Below, one piece after another: positions 40,681-51,954 of a stretch of 64,000 nt of DNA. The DNA comes from Fidelibacterota bacterium (lineage in GTDB: Bacteria; Fidelibacterota; UBA8477; JABMPR01). The notes beneath the pieces are model-generated. The model searched no databases. It saw nothing but the letters and a program-made list of their open reading frames with translations, and was not told the DNA's origin. The stretch's first letter is position 1. The number at the start of each line of letters is the position of its first letter. The DNA lies in contig JABHBL010000004.1 in NCBI GenBank assembly GCA_018673925.1, forward strand, positions 38,524-102,523. Direction: 5' to 3'. The position numbers were made by a program, and so were the translations under genes.

Positions 40681-41667
40681 ATGTATCATGCTGCAGAGAC
40701 ACGATATGACAATATGAGTTATCAGAGATGCGGTGTGAGTGGTATCAAGCTACCCCGGATCTCCTTGGGTCTCTGGCACAATTTCGGGGAACCAGATGAC
40801 TATGCCACTGCACAGTCCATGCTGAGAAGAGCCTTCGATCTGGGCATAACTCATTTTGATCTCGCCAATAACTATGGCCCACCATATGGTGCTGCTGAGA
40901 CGACATTTGGCAAATTGTTTAAGGAAGATTTTAGATCATATCGTGATGAACTCCTAATCTCGACCAAAGCCGGATGGGACATGTGGCCAGGTCCATACGG
41001 GGATCATGGCAGCCGTAAATATTTGATCGCCAGTATTGATCAAAGTCTTCAACGTATGGGTCTGGACTATGTGGATATTTTCTACCATCATCGTCCTGAT
41101 ACCAGCACTCCACTTGAAGAATCAATGGGTGCTCTCGATCAGATAGTACGTAGTGGTAAAGCCCTGTATGTTGGAATATCTTCGTATAACCCTGAGCAAA
41201 CCAGGCAAGCATCCAAAATTTTGAGAGAGTTAGGCACCCCATGTCTAATACATCAACCCAAATACAACATGTTCCATCGACAGCCGGAAAACGGTCTTTT
41301 TGACGAGCTTAAAAAGAATGGGGTAGGATCCATTGTTTTCTCTCCTCTGGCTCAAGGTGTCTTGACCGATCGCTATCTAGATGGTTTTCCTGAAGATTCA
41401 AGGGCGGTTCGTGATGGCCGCTATCTGAAGCCGGAGTTCATTAAAGATGCCCAATTGGAAAAGGTTCGAGCCTTGAAAAAAATCGCCAATGCCCGTGGTC
41501 AAAATGTTGCACAGCTAGCCATCGCCTGGGTGTTGCGCAAGGACGAGGTTACCTCCGCTTTAATCGGGGCTTCAAAGGTTTCTCAGATAGAGGATGCAGT
41601 TAGTGCTCTTGGCAATTTGAATTTTGATGCAACTGAACAAAGTGAGATCGAGAACATCCTAGGATAA
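40681..41667 (+). CDS. mgrA: Aldo/keto reductase, L-glyceraldehyde-3-phosphate reductase (YghZ/MgrA) type
   Basis: 'SLGLWHNFG', '[12 protein letters not shown]', 'MWPGPYG', '[10 protein letters not shown]'. Confidence 0.92.
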   Translation: MYHAAETRYDNMSYQRCGVSGIKLPRISLGLWHNFGEPDDYATAQSMLRRAFDLGITHFDLANNYGPPYGAAETTFGKLFKEDFRSYRDELLISTKAGWDMWPGPYGDHGSRKYLIASIDQSLQRMGLDYVDIFYHHRPDTSTPLEESMGALDQIVRSGKALYVGISSYNPEQTRQASKILRELGTPCLIHQPKYNMFHRQPENGLFDELKKNGVGSIVFSPLAQGVLTDRYLDGFPEDSRAVRDGRYLKPEFIKDAQLEKVRALKKIANARGQNVAQLAIAWVLRKDEVTSALIGASKVSQIEDAVSALGNLNFDATEQSEIENILG

Positions 41668-41807
41668 CCACGACTCTCTGGATCCAGGTAAACTGTCAGT
41701 CTGATGCCGATCAAATGGTCAAAAACCGTGTTTTGTCACCAATCTTTCAGATTAGATTAAACGCTACTCACATTATCGCTATTGAGCTTGTACTAAGGAA
41801 TAAATCT

Positions 41808-42212
41808 ATGGAACGGAAAATAAGAGTCATTCTGGCAAAACCCGGTTTGGATGGCCATGACCGCGGGGCAAAAGTTCTGGCGAACTCATTTAGAGATGCC
41901 GGCATGGAGGTCATCTACCTCGGTCTGAGACAAACTCCTGAAATGATTGTTGCTGCTGCAGTCCAGGAAGATGCCGACATCGTGGCCTTGAGCATTCTCT
42001 CGGGTGCTCATATGACCATCTTTCCTCGAGTGATGGAGTTGATGAAAGCTGAAGGTTTAACTGATGTTCTGCTTACGGGTGGTGGTATTATACCAGATTC
42101 TGATATGGAAGAATTGCACGAACTGGGTGTAGGTCGTCTGTTTGGTCCAGGGGCCAGCCTCATGGAAATTAATGACTATATCAACAATTGGGTTCAGGAA
42201 AACCGTAAATGA
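41808..42212 (+). CDS. Methylmalonyl-CoA mutase cobalamin-binding subunit
   Basis: '[12 protein letters not shown]', 'SILSGAH', 'GGIIP', 'FGPG'. Start at MERKI after AAGGA. Confidence 0.93.
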   Translation: MERKIRVILAKPGLDGHDRGAKVLANSFRDAGMEVIYLGLRQTPEMIVAAAVQEDADIVALSILSGAHMTIFPRVMELMKAEGLTDVLLTGGGIIPDSDMEELHELGVGRLFGPGASLMEINDYINNWVQENRK

Positions 42213-43759
42213 ATCGTCGTGATCGCCTGGAACAACTAAACAAGCTAAAAGCTGAAGCTCTGCTTGGCGGTGGGCAGGATCGTCTTGATGCCCAGCATGC
42301 CAAACAAAAATTATCCGCCAGGGAAAGACTCGACTTGCTCCTGGATCCAGGTTCATTCGAAGAAATGGGTATGCTGGTAACCCACCGATCCACCAATTTC
42401 GGTCTTGAAAAACAAAAATTTCTGGGGGATGGTGTCGTAACTGGTCATGGTACTATCGATGGTCGAACCGTTTTTGTCTTTAGCCAGGATTTTACGGTAA
42501 TGGGTGGCTCACTCTCAGAGGCATACGCCGAAAAAATTGTCAAAGTTATGGATTTGGCCGCCAAGGTTGGCGCGCCGGTTATCGGTTTGAACGACAGTGG
42601 GGGGGCACGAATTCAGGAAGGCGTGGTTAGCCTGGCAGGCTATGCGGACATCTTCCTGAGAAATACACTCATGAGTGGTGTGGTTCCGCAGATTTCAGCT
42701 ATCCTGGGACCGTGCGCCGGTGGTGCCGTCTACTCTCCAGCTATCACAGATTTTATCTTTATGACCAAGGGAACCAGCTACATGTTTGTCACGGGTCCTG
42801 AAGTAGTGAAAACTGTTACCCACGAAGAGGTTACCAAAGAAGATCTGGGTGGCGCAACAGCCCATGGCTCCAAAAGTGGTGTCAGCCACTTCACCTGTAA
42901 CAATGAAATTGAAGTCATCGAAGGTATTAAAAAATTACTAAGCTTTATCCCTCAGAATAATCTTGAGGATCCACCATCCATTCCCTGTGACGATCCGATT
43001 GACAGATCTGATGAAGGGTTGGATACCATTGTCCCAGAGAATCCCAACAAACCTTATGACATGAAAGATGTCATACACAGTATCGTTGATAATGGTGAGT
43101 TCTACGAGGTGCATGATGAATTTGCTATGAATATGGTGGTAGGATTTGGCCGTTTGAATGGAAAATCAGTTGGTGTGATTGCCAATCAACCTGCACATCT
43201 TGCAGGCGTCCTGGATATTGATTCTGCGGTCAAAGGCGCTCGATTTGTACGCTTTTGTGATGCCTTTAACATTCCCTTACTCACTTTTGAGGATGTCCCG
43301 GGATTTCTACCTGGAACCGATCAGGAATGGGGCGGTATTATCCGTCATGGAGCCAAACTTCTCTATGCTTTTGCTGAGGCAACGGTACCCAGGGTCACTG
43401 TCATTACACGCAAAGCCTATGGTGGAGCTTATGATGTGATGAACTCCAAACATATTCGCGGAGACATCAATTTCGCCTGGCCATGTGCAGAGATTGCTGT
43501 CATGGGTGCCAAAGGGGCGACTGAAATCATTTTCAGGAAAGAAATTGCCAGGGCAGATGATCCAGGGGAAGTTCTGGAGCGCCTCACAAATGAGTTTTCT
43601 GAGCGATTTGCCAATCCATATTCTGCAGCTGAACGTGGCTATGTGGACGAGGTCATAGAACCAAACGAAACACGTTTAAAAGTGATCAGGGCTTTTGAAA
43701 TGCTTGAAAATAAAGTTGATTCAAACCCACAAAAAAAACACGGAAATATCCCGCTATAA
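42209..43759 (+). CDS. pccB: Acyl-CoA carboxylase beta subunit (propionyl-CoA carboxylase / methylmalonyl-CoA decarboxylase alpha)
   Basis: '[10 protein letters not shown]', '[12 protein letters not shown]', 'DVPGFLPG', 'RKAYGGAY', 'KKHGNIPL'. Confidence 0.93.
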   Translation: MNRRDRLEQLNKLKAEALLGGGQDRLDAQHAKQKLSARERLDLLLDPGSFEEMGMLVTHRSTNFGLEKQKFLGDGVVTGHGTIDGRTVFVFSQDFTVMGGSLSEAYAEKIVKVMDLAAKVGAPVIGLNDSGGARIQEGVVSLAGYADIFLRNTLMSGVVPQISAILGPCAGGAVYSPAITDFIFMTKGTSYMFVTGPEVVKTVTHEEVTKEDLGGATAHGSKSGVSHFTCNNEIEVIEGIKKLLSFIPQNNLEDPPSIPCDDPIDRSDEGLDTIVPENPNKPYDMKDVIHSIVDNGEFYEVHDEFAMNMVVGFGRLNGKSVGVIANQPAHLAGVLDIDSAVKGARFVRFCDAFNIPLLTFEDVPGFLPGTDQEWGGIIRHGAKLLYAFAEATVPRVTVITRKAYGGAYDVMNSKHIRGDINFAWPCAEIAVMGAKGATEIIFRKEIARADDPGEVLERLTNEFSERFANPYSAAERGYVDEVIEPNETRLKVIRAFEMLENKVDSNPQKKHGNIPL

Positions 43760-43779
43760 ATCAGGGAGAGGGGTTTCAA

Positions 43780-44856
43780 GTGGATAACAGAAATCGTGAT
43801 GAGTTATTGAAAAAGCAGGAAAGCCTGGAAGCATACTTGCTTAAGAATCCCCAGTCGACTCTATTCGCCTGGTATGCTAGACAGAATATGGAAGCCGGAG
43901 AACTGAATCGCGCTTTGAGTATATGTCTGCTTGGTATCCAGAATGTTGAGAGTCGAGGTGTTTTACATAAACTCATGGGTGAGATTTATCTGGCGAAGGG
44001 TGAAGTCACCAATTCCATGAAGCAGATGATTGAATGCATCTTGACCAAAGAACCTTTTCCAGGTGTGATTATTGAAGTGATCAAAAATTTGGGCGATACC
44101 ATGGAACCCCAGCAAGTCGCCTTCTTGATTTATTTGCTCAATAAAGCACTACCTGGTCATCCAGATGCCATCCAATTCTATAAAAAGTTTCCCAACTCCC
44201 GCAATTATATTGTGCAACCGGGAGAATATAAATTTCTGGAAGAAATGGCCGTTGGTCTGGAACGCTCTGCGCTTGTAGAAGTGATGCCTCTTGATGAGGA
44301 CGAGGAAAACCCCCTGGCCTTACCCGATTCAGTACCACCAGAGATGGAGTATGTCCAACAAGAACCCATGCAACCAACCCCAACTCCAACACCTCCTCAG
44401 CCTACTCCGGAACCTGTAGCTCAACCAGTACCTCAACCGGTACCAGAGCCAACACCTCCCGCTGCAGCAGCCCCGGAAATTGTTGAGCCAGAACCCGAGC
44501 TAAAGACTGAGCCACCTGTCCCAGAATACGAAATTCCTGATACCACACCTCCCCTGGAAGAGGTTATAAAGCAGGCGGAAACCATGACTGAAAATGTGGA
44601 ACCCCCTGTACAACAGGCTCCACCTCCACCACCTCCCCAGGAAGCACCCCTGCCACCTAAAAAACCAGCGATTAAGCACAATATTAATCGCTCCATGGCG
44701 ACTTTCACTCTGATGCAGATTTTTAAGGATCAAGGGATGTATGAAAATGCGTTGGAAGTCTTGTTGTTTCTCCGTGAGAAATCCAGTGATACCGAACGTA
44801 TCGACCAAGAGGAAAAAGACATTCGAGAACTCATGGCTCGAAACGGCAACAAATAA
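43780..44856 (+). CDS. Hypothetical TPR-like protein with Pro/Glu-rich linker
   Basis: N-terminal helical repeat 'NPQSTLFAWYA...RALSICLLG'; PTPTP/PEP linker; C-terminal 'TLMQIFKDQGMYENAL'. Confidence 0.7.
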   Translation: MDNRNRDELLKKQESLEAYLLKNPQSTLFAWYARQNMEAGELNRALSICLLGIQNVESRGVLHKLMGEIYLAKGEVTNSMKQMIECILTKEPFPGVIIEVIKNLGDTMEPQQVAFLIYLLNKALPGHPDAIQFYKKFPNSRNYIVQPGEYKFLEEMAVGLERSALVEVMPLDEDEENPLALPDSVPPEMEYVQQEPMQPTPTPTPPQPTPEPVAQPVPQPVPEPTPPAAAAPEIVEPEPELKTEPPVPEYEIPDTTPPLEEVIKQAETMTENVEPPVQQAPPPPPPQEAPLPPKKPAIKHNINRSMATFTLMQIFKDQGMYENALEVLLFLREKSSDTERIDQEEKDIRELMARNGNK

Positions 44857-44873
44857 GTCAACCTAGATAAGTA

Positions 44874-45818
44874 ATGCCTGAATCTCAACCGGGGGAAACC
44901 CTCGCGGATATGGAATTCCCGATTCAATTATCAATCCTCATTGTCACCTATAATTCCAGCTCGACAATTAGAGTCTGTCTTGAAAGTGTTTTTCAGGAGC
45001 TTCAATCACTTAGAGGTGAAGTTATCGTTGTAGATAATAAATCTACAGATGATACCGTTTCAATTCTAGATGAGCTTTTGGCTCAGAACCCCACCCTCAA
45101 AGTTGAATTAAATCGAACAAATCGCGGTTTCGCCGTTGGGAATAACCAGGCTCTCGAAATGGCCGGGGGGCAACACATCCTGATTCTAAATCCGGACACT
45201 ATTCTCCAGAAAGACGTTTTGAAAAACCTGCTGGTTGAGCTTGAGAAAGACTCAAAAACGGGTGTGGTTGCACCTCAACTACAATTTCCCGATGGGCGTA
45301 TTCAGAAAACCTGCCGGCGGTTTCCAAAACATATGGATGTTATATACAATGTCTTCGGATTGTCTGTTCTTTTTCCGGAAAACCGTAAACTTAATGGCTG
45401 GAAGATGGGTGATTTTGACCATAAAGCCCGTCGAAAGGTAGATCAACCTGCTGGCGCGGCCTTGCTGATCCGTGGTGATCTTTTAAGATCCCTGGGGGGA
45501 TTTGACGATAATTTCCCCATGTTCTTTAATGATGTAGACCTTTGTAAGCGCATTCGAGATGCTGGGTATGCCATCTGGTATTTACCAGAATATGCCATTC
45601 AACACCTGGGAGGAGCCAGTGTCAAACAGGTGAAGCTGAAGATGACCATAAGCTCCCATGTTTCATTTTTTAGGTATTTTGAAAAACATTTCACCCGGAT
45701 GTATCAACAGCCCTTCAACCTTATTGTAGGGGTGATGCTCTACCTCTCTCTAATACCTCGCCTGCTGGTTCTACTTCTTTTTAAGGGCCAGCGTTCTGCT
45801 TCCCGAGAAACCCTCTAG
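44874..45818 (+). CDS. Glycosyltransferase family 2 (WbbL-like)
   Basis: 'SILIVTYN', 'VVDNKSTD', 'GFAVGNN', 'LNPD', 'GGFDDNF', 'DVDLCKR'. Confidence 0.92.
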   Translation: MPESQPGETLADMEFPIQLSILIVTYNSSSTIRVCLESVFQELQSLRGEVIVVDNKSTDDTVSILDELLAQNPTLKVELNRTNRGFAVGNNQALEMAGGQHILILNPDTILQKDVLKNLLVELEKDSKTGVVAPQLQFPDGRIQKTCRRFPKHMDVIYNVFGLSVLFPENRKLNGWKMGDFDHKARRKVDQPAGAALLIRGDLLRSLGGFDDNFPMFFNDVDLCKRIRDAGYAIWYLPEYAIQHLGGASVKQVKLKMTISSHVSFFRYFEKHFTRMYQQPFNLIVGVMLYLSLIPRLLVLLLFKGQRSASRETL

Positions 45819-45834
45819 AGCCGCAAGCCTGATC

Positions 45835-46467
45835 ATGAATCGCAACCCCAAAATAAAAGCTATCTTCTTTGATATTGGTGGCGTCTTGGTGAAGGTTGAT
45901 TCCAGCGAGTCCATTCAAAAACTGTCCCATAAATTAGAAGTGAGCCCTGAAAAAATTCGCCAGGGGATGACCAGGGAATTGCTCTGTGAATATGAAAAGG
46001 GACATATGACTACCAACCAGTTTTATGAACTGCTATTCATCAACTATGGCAGTGAAAAGACCATGGAGATAGAAGTTTTCAAGTCATACTGGCTGGATAC
46101 CCTTTTCCCTCATCCAGAGAGTGTGGACTTTCTTCAACGAGTGAATAAAGATTACCCTGTCTGGCTCTTGAGTAACACCAACGAATTTCATTATGATTTG
46201 CTCATGCGGGATTTTCCCTTTATGAAATGGGTTGAAGGTGGGACCTACAGTTTTATGGTTGGTAGCATGAAGCCAGACCCACCGATTTATGAAGTGGCAA
46301 TCAAAAAGAGTGGGTTTCGACCAGAGGAAATACTTTTTATTGATGATTTAGAGGCAAATGTTCAAGCAGCACATGACCAGGGCATCAATATTATCCACTA
46401 TGTGGATTACCCCCGCTTTGGTAAAGAATTGGGCCAACGCTTTCCAGAATTGGAGTATTTGTTATGA
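45835..46467 (+). CDS. HAD family phosphatase (YihX-like)
   Basis: 'FDIGGV', 'LSNTN', 'KP', 'FIDD'. Confidence 0.9.
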   Translation: MNRNPKIKAIFFDIGGVLVKVDSSESIQKLSHKLEVSPEKIRQGMTRELLCEYEKGHMTTNQFYELLFINYGSEKTMEIEVFKSYWLDTLFPHPESVDFLQRVNKDYPVWLLSNTNEFHYDLLMRDFPFMKWVEGGTYSFMVGSMKPDPPIYEVAIKKSGFRPEEILFIDDLEANVQAAHDQGINIIHYVDYPRFGKELGQRFPELEYLL

Positions 46468-48890
46468 GACTTTTTAAAACAATCCTGGCCTTTATCGTCC
46501 TATTGATTCTTTTCAATTTACTGAACAACAGCCAGGGCAGTATACCTCCACTGGGAAAATTTTTAAACCCCTTTGCAGGATTCTGGCAAAATGGTGAAAA
46601 GCTGGACCAGATCGATGAAGTGCTTGATGTAAGAGGATTGAGGGATGAAGTACAAGTGGTTTGGGATGAACGTCATGTGCCTCATATTTTCGCTGAGAAC
46701 ACCTACGATGTTTATTTTGCTCAAGGTTTTTTAACAGCCCGTCATCGTCTCTGGCAAATGGAGTTTCAAACCCATGTGGCAGCAGGCCGCGTTTCAGAAA
46801 TCATCGGTGAGAAAGCCCTGGAATTTGATAGAATGCAGCGTCGTCGTGGTTTGTTAATGGCAGCTGAAACTACCATACAGCGTATGGATGAAGATCCTGA
46901 AACCCATCTCATCCTACAGGCCTATGCCAATGGTGTCAATACCTGGATTGAGTCCCTCACACCAGCGACCCTGCCCATGGAATATAAGCTGCTAAACTAT
47001 GAACCTGAGGTCTGGTCAACACTGAAAACAGCTTTGCTCCTGAAGTTTATGGCCTGGGATTTAACCGGACGCAATTCAGAAATGGATATGAGCATTATTC
47101 AGGCAACTCTAGGAGAGGAATTCGTCAATACATTTTATCCAGAAAACACCCCTCACACCGATCCAGTGATTCCTGCCGCAAAACCCTGGCGTTTTGAGGC
47201 TATGGAACCGGATTCTATCCCGCCTGTATTTGTACCACAATTTGTCAAGGATCTCAGGAAGGGCGAGCCGGATGAGGATAATGGGAGTAATAACTGGGCA
47301 GTTTCAGGTGAGAAAACGGCCTCGGGATATCCCATGCTTGCCAATGACCCACATCTTGGGCTAAAGCTGCCATCCATCTGGTACGAAATCCAGTTGAAGA
47401 CACCTGATATGAATGTGTATGGTGTTTCAATGCCCGGAGCTCCTGCAGTGATTGTCGGGTTCAATAAAGATGTTGCCTGGGGTGTGACCAATGCAGCCAG
47501 TGATGTCATGGACTGGTTCGAAATCGAATTCAAGGATGAATCATATTCTGAATATCTCTATATGGATGAATGGATAAAATCAGACCTGCGGGTTGAAGAA
47601 ATTTTTATTCGTGATGGGGATACGGTTCTGGATAGCTTTGCAATCACTCGCTTCGGACCCCTGGTTTATTTTGGTGAAAACACTCTGGAAAATGGACATC
47701 CCACAGGCCTGGCCATGCGCTGGTCCGCTCATGATCCCTCCAATGAAATGGGGGCTGTCAGGAATATGAATCTGGCTACAGATCGGGAGACCTTTTATAC
47801 TGCCATCGAAGCCTTTGAGGCACCAGGACAGAATTTCGCCATGATCGCCAGAGATGGTGATATAGCCATCAGGCATAATGGTAAATACCCACTTCGCGGT
47901 CAGGATCAGGGCAAATTTGTTCGGGCAGGTCGAGATACCATTTGGGAGTGGCAGGATTGGATTCCCTATGAACAACTTCCAGTGATTTCTAATCCCTGGA
48001 GAGGCTTTGTCAGCTCTGCCAACCAGAATCCAGTTGGAAAAAAATATCCCTATTACATGGGCTGGGATTATGATGACTATGAGCGGGGTTCACGTATCAA
48101 TGATCGTCTTGGAGATTTGAAGAAAATAAAATTTGGGGATATGCAGGACCTGCATATGGATAATTTTAATAAACAGGCCGAGCGCATGTTGCCATTTCTA
48201 CTCAAACAAATTGATCTGGAAAACCTGTCTGGTGATATGGGAGCCATATTAAATGATCTCAACAGCTGGAATTATGTTTCTGACCCACATGAAAAAGCGG
48301 CCTGGGTCTATAAACAATGGTGGCTGCGTTTAGAAAAAGCGATCTGGGACGATGAATTAACTATTTTTGGTGAGATTAGAAAAATTCCCACCAGGTCGGT
48401 GACAGCCAGACTCCTGCTTAAAAAGCCAAAGCTGGTTTACTATGATGATATCAACACGCCAGAACAAGAAGGTCGATCCGATATCATCAATCGTGCCTTC
48501 AAACAAACCATTTCGGAACTGACGGAAGAGTTGGGGGCTTACGGTGAAGCCTGGGAACTGGGTCGGGCCAGGGGAACAGATATCAATCACTTACTCTCGG
48601 TAAAAGGCCTGGGGCGAACTGGTCTTTACACCGGTGGTGGCCAGGGAATTGTAAATGCCACCAAGAAAGACCACGGACCTTCCTGGCGCATGTTGGTGGA
48701 ACTGGGTAATCGTCCCACAGCCAAAGGTATTTTCCCAGGAGGACAGTCTGGAAATCCTGGTTCACCATATTATGACAATGCTGTAAATAACTGGGTCGCA
48801 GGCAAATACTACGACATACATTTTCTGGATTCCACAGATATAGACCTCAATTCAAAACTCTCATTGACTCGCTTAAGGAATTATCAATGA
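46464..48890 (+). CDS. Penicillin acylase family (Ntn-hydrolase) protein
   Basis: 'VPHIFA', 'RLWQME', 'GSNNWAV', 'ANDPHL', 'PGGQSGNPGSPYY'. Confidence 0.94.
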   Translation: MRLFKTILAFIVLLILFNLLNNSQGSIPPLGKFLNPFAGFWQNGEKLDQIDEVLDVRGLRDEVQVVWDERHVPHIFAENTYDVYFAQGFLTARHRLWQMEFQTHVAAGRVSEIIGEKALEFDRMQRRRGLLMAAETTIQRMDEDPETHLILQAYANGVNTWIESLTPATLPMEYKLLNYEPEVWSTLKTALLLKFMAWDLTGRNSEMDMSIIQATLGEEFVNTFYPENTPHTDPVIPAAKPWRFEAMEPDSIPPVFVPQFVKDLRKGEPDEDNGSNNWAVSGEKTASGYPMLANDPHLGLKLPSIWYEIQLKTPDMNVYGVSMPGAPAVIVGFNKDVAWGVTNAASDVMDWFEIEFKDESYSEYLYMDEWIKSDLRVEEIFIRDGDTVLDSFAITRFGPLVYFGENTLENGHPTGLAMRWSAHDPSNEMGAVRNMNLATDRETFYTAIEAFEAPGQNFAMIARDGDIAIRHNGKYPLRGQDQGKFVRAGRDTIWEWQDWIPYEQLPVISNPWRGFVSSANQNPVGKKYPYYMGWDYDDYERGSRINDRLGDLKKIKFGDMQDLHMDNFNKQAERMLPFLLKQIDLENLSGDMGAILNDLNSWNYVSDPHEKAAWVYKQWWLRLEKAIWDDELTIFGEIRKIPTRSVTARLLLKKPKLVYYDDINTPEQEGRSDIINRAFKQTISELTEELGAYGEAWELGRARGTDINHLLSVKGLGRTGLYTGGGQGIVNATKKDHGPSWRMLVELGNRPTAKGIFPGGQSGNPGSPYYDNAVNNWVAGKYYDIHFLDSTDIDLNSKLSLTRLRNYQ

Positions 48891-49243
48891 TCAACATTTT
48901 AGTACCCCTTGTAATTGTATTTATTCTACAACTCATCTTTTACTCCTGGTGGTGGATTATTCTGATTCCCCTGGTAATAGGATTCTTTGAAAAAGATTCA
49001 GCCTTAAAAGCTTCTGCCGGTACGGGACTGGGCGTTTTTCTGCTCTGGTTTGGAATGGCCATATACCAATGGAAGAGCGGTGGTGAAATCATCGTCACTC
49101 GTATTGCTGAAGTCATGGGTATCGGATCAGGTTTTGTGCTGGCCCTGGTAACGGGTCTGGTTGGCTTTCTGGTTGCCCTGGTGGCAGGCTATGCTGGTTA
49201 TTCACTGAGAAAAGTTCTGATCAAGGAATACCAGATATCGTGA
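48887..49243 (+). CDS. Hypothetical membrane protein
   Basis: 118 aa, 3-4 hydrophobic segments; overlaps both neighbours by 4 nt. Confidence 0.75.
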   Translation: MINILVPLVIVFILQLIFYSWWWIILIPLVIGFFEKDSALKASAGTGLGVFLLWFGMAIYQWKSGGEIIVTRIAEVMGIGSGFVLALVTGLVGFLVALVAGYAGYSLRKVLIKEYQIS

Positions 49244-49818
49244 TTAAAAAACCCAAGGCCCCTCTCATTTATGAGGAACCCCTGAGAACCATCCCGCACA
49301 ATGTGTTCAGGGATAACAATCCCGATTACGATGAATTGGAGCGACGCCCTAGAATGCCAGTGGTAGCCATCTTGGATAATATCCGCAGCATGTTTAATGT
49401 GGGATCTATGTTTCGGACAGCTGATGGTGCCTGGTTGGAAGAAATGATTATTAGTGGCTATACAGACTCACCTCCCCGGAAAGAAATAGCCAAAACGGCT
49501 CTGGGAGCTGAGTACTCTGTGCCCTGGAGAACCATTCCAGACCCAGCTGAAGCGATTCGCGCGTTGAAACAGCGGGGTTATACTGCCATAGCACTTGAGC
49601 ATACCACGAGGAGCCAGTCTTATACCAGTGTTGAATATGACTTTCCCCTGGTCTTTGTGGTGGGGAATGAAGGTGTTGGGGTTCAGGATGATCTCGTCAA
49701 GGAATGTGATTTCGCTGTGGAACTACCTCAAAACGGTATGAAAAGTTCCATGAATGTTGCTGTGGCATTTGGAATCATGTTGTATGAACTACGACGCCAA
49801 TGGGATTTGAAAAAGTAA
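49240..49818 (+). CDS. TrmH/SpoU family RNA methyltransferase
   Basis: 'LDNIRSMFNVGSMFRTADG', 'KTALGAE', 'GNEGVG', 'SMNVAVA'. Confidence 0.92.
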   Translation: MIKKPKAPLIYEEPLRTIPHNVFRDNNPDYDELERRPRMPVVAILDNIRSMFNVGSMFRTADGAWLEEMIISGYTDSPPRKEIAKTALGAEYSVPWRTIPDPAEAIRALKQRGYTAIALEHTTRSQSYTSVEYDFPLVFVVGNEGVGVQDDLVKECDFAVELPQNGMKSSMNVAVAFGIMLYELRRQWDLKK

Positions 49819-50018
49819 CTCTGGGTGAGCTATGAAGCAAAGGACTCAATGGATCATCGCTGTTTTATATCAATAATTAGTACTGGCAATTCTTAAGGTG
49901 TAGCTTACTTTTTCACGAATTGACATGGCTCACAGGGGGTGAATCAAGCTTTGAACTGTGTTATACCGATCCATATATTAAATGATATTCAATTACAATA
50001 ATATTCTGAGGAGGAATT

Positions 50019-51149
50019 ATGATTAAAAAGGTACTTGTTTCAATTTTAGCTCTCTCACTGGCTGTTGGTGCTTTTGGCCAGTCGCTGGAAGAGAACTTGG
50101 GCACAATGCTCAGTGATAATGCGGAGATGTATCTTCAGCCACTGGGGGATGCCTTTGGTTCAGGAATGAATTCAGCCTGGTATCACAGATCCAAAGTTCA
50201 CAAAATGTTAGGTTTTGATATCAGTGTGAAAGCAATGATCGCTGCTGTTCCAGAGGAAAGTGAGTTTTTTAACTTTGCTCTTAGTCAGACAGACATGGAA
50301 TTTGATCTCGATGCTATCATCGGAGCTGATGTCAATCCACTATCACTTTCTTTTGATGATATTTATTATGAAACTGATACACGGACTCCAACTTTCTTTG
50401 GTCCTGCAGATAGCGCTGGTCTGCTGGTTACTAATCAGACTCACCTTGCCGGTCTATTTGAAGATCACCTTAGAACAGAGATGACAGCCCTGCTTACGAG
50501 CCAGGGTGTAAATGCTGCACTTATCCCTGGGCTGGTTGATCAAGCCATTGCTGATGCAGATCTGGCAAACGAAGTTGGTCTTATGGATCTGGATCTTCCA
50601 CTTCCTCCTGGAATTGGATTACCAGCCCTTCCGTTGGTCATGCCACAGCTTTCCCTGGGTCTCCCAATGGGGATTGAGCTGACCGTCCGTGGTATGCCGG
50701 ATATCGAAGATGAAGATATTGGTACAATCAGCATGTATGGTGGTGGTCTACGATTGAACATTGATCAGTTTATTCCAATTCCATTATTTCCTGTGGATAT
50801 TACAGCAGGTGCTTTTTATTCACAGATGGCCATTGGTGATATAATTGAATCTTCAAACATGTCACTTGGTCTCCAAGTAGGAAAATCCATGAATCTCCTG
50901 ATTTTTGGTGTCGGCGTTTATGTTGATGCTGCATATGAGACGAGCTCATTGAGCATTGGCTATGATGTGGATCCTGAATTCGGCATTGAGAATGATCGCA
51001 TGCAGTTTGATATGGAGACAGACCCAGGTATGAGACTTGGTGCAGGTTTACATCTGAAACTGATTCCATTGACTTATTTTAATGTTCACGTGAGTCAAAC
51101 ACCAACCAACAGCGTTGTTACAGCTGGGTTTGGTATTTCTCTGAGATAA
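50019..51149 (+). CDS. Exported/outer-membrane protein (DUF6588-like)
   Basis: GAGGAGG RBS; signal peptide; 'YLQPLGDAFGSGMNSAWY', 'PQLSLGLPMGIELTVR'; C-terminal beta-strands. Confidence 0.7.
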   Translation: MIKKVLVSILALSLAVGAFGQSLEENLGTMLSDNAEMYLQPLGDAFGSGMNSAWYHRSKVHKMLGFDISVKAMIAAVPEESEFFNFALSQTDMEFDLDAIIGADVNPLSLSFDDIYYETDTRTPTFFGPADSAGLLVTNQTHLAGLFEDHLRTEMTALLTSQGVNAALIPGLVDQAIADADLANEVGLMDLDLPLPPGIGLPALPLVMPQLSLGLPMGIELTVRGMPDIEDEDIGTISMYGGGLRLNIDQFIPIPLFPVDITAGAFYSQMAIGDIIESSNMSLGLQVGKSMNLLIFGVGVYVDAAYETSSLSIGYDVDPEFGIENDRMQFDMETDPGMRLGAGLHLKLIPLTYFNVHVSQTPTNSVVTAGFGISLR

Positions 51150-51168
51150 TTACTTCACAGATTGAAAT

Positions 51169-51204
51169 AAAAAAAGGCCATCCCAAAGGGTGGCCTTTTT
51201 TATT
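51169..51204 (+). terminator. Rho-independent (possibly bidirectional) terminator
   Basis: AAAAAAAGGCCATCC-caaa-GGGTGGCCTTTTTTATTT. Confidence 0.85.
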
Positions 51205-51366
51205 TGCCCGCTAATCTCTTCAATTCGTTTTATTGATATGATTGGGGCTAAATGTAGCTGTTGACAATCCTTCAATCGGATGAATTATTATTTGCCCTCT
51301 TTTATTTGAACTAGCTGAATTTACCTGAATATGTTGTATATTCAAGATTGATAACGGAGGATGATT

Positions 51367-51912
51367 ATGATCGATTATGATGAACATATAGATGAAGAAA
51401 TGAAAGTGATGAATGAACGTGGTTCTTCGACAAAAAAAGGACCAAAGCAAATCATTCGTCTCAATGACCCGGTGAGTAATCTGGAGCTCCGAAAATCAAT
51501 CTGTATCTCTGGTGATACCAGCATTGCAGCCTGTTTACAGCTGATGAAAGATGAGCGAATTGGTTGTCTTCTCATTACCGAAAATGGATCACTGAGAGGT
51601 ATTTTCACCGAGCGGGATATTATTCGTCGAATTGTTGGGAAAAACTTGTCCCACGACGACATTGATGTCGAGGACTATATGACCGGCGATCCTGATACCC
51701 TCATGGCAGATGCCCCATTGGCCTTTGCCTTGAACTATATGGTCGTAGGTGGTTACCGTCATGTCCCCATTGTGGATGAGAATAATAAACCACAGGCCTG
51801 TCTCTCCATTAAGGACATCGTGAAGCATATTGGGGATTATTATTTTAATGAAATTGCCAATCTGCCTCCAACCCCTAAAAATCCAGGCTGGGCTACCGTT
51901 GATGGTGGTTGA
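51367..51912 (+). CDS. CBS domain pair protein
   Basis: 'GIFTERD', 'YMT', 'YRHVPIVD'; GGAGG RBS 6 nt before ATG 51367. Confidence 0.9.
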   Translation: MIDYDEHIDEEMKVMNERGSSTKKGPKQIIRLNDPVSNLELRKSICISGDTSIAACLQLMKDERIGCLLITENGSLRGIFTERDIIRRIVGKNLSHDDIDVEDYMTGDPDTLMADAPLAFALNYMVVGGYRHVPIVDENNKPQACLSIKDIVKHIGDYYFNEIANLPPTPKNPGWATVDGG

Positions 51913-51954
51913 ATAACCCTTCTTTCCAGATAATAAAGAAAGTATTTAATTCAA

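Noticed and set aside
44370-44660. Repetitive CCA/CCT-rich tract
   Set aside because: Simply encodes the Pro-rich linker of 43780-44856; not a DNA repeat array or CRISPR.
49832-49902. Small ORF MKQRTQWIIAVLYQ
   Set aside because: Only 14 codons before TAA, with a weak RBS; no supporting evidence.
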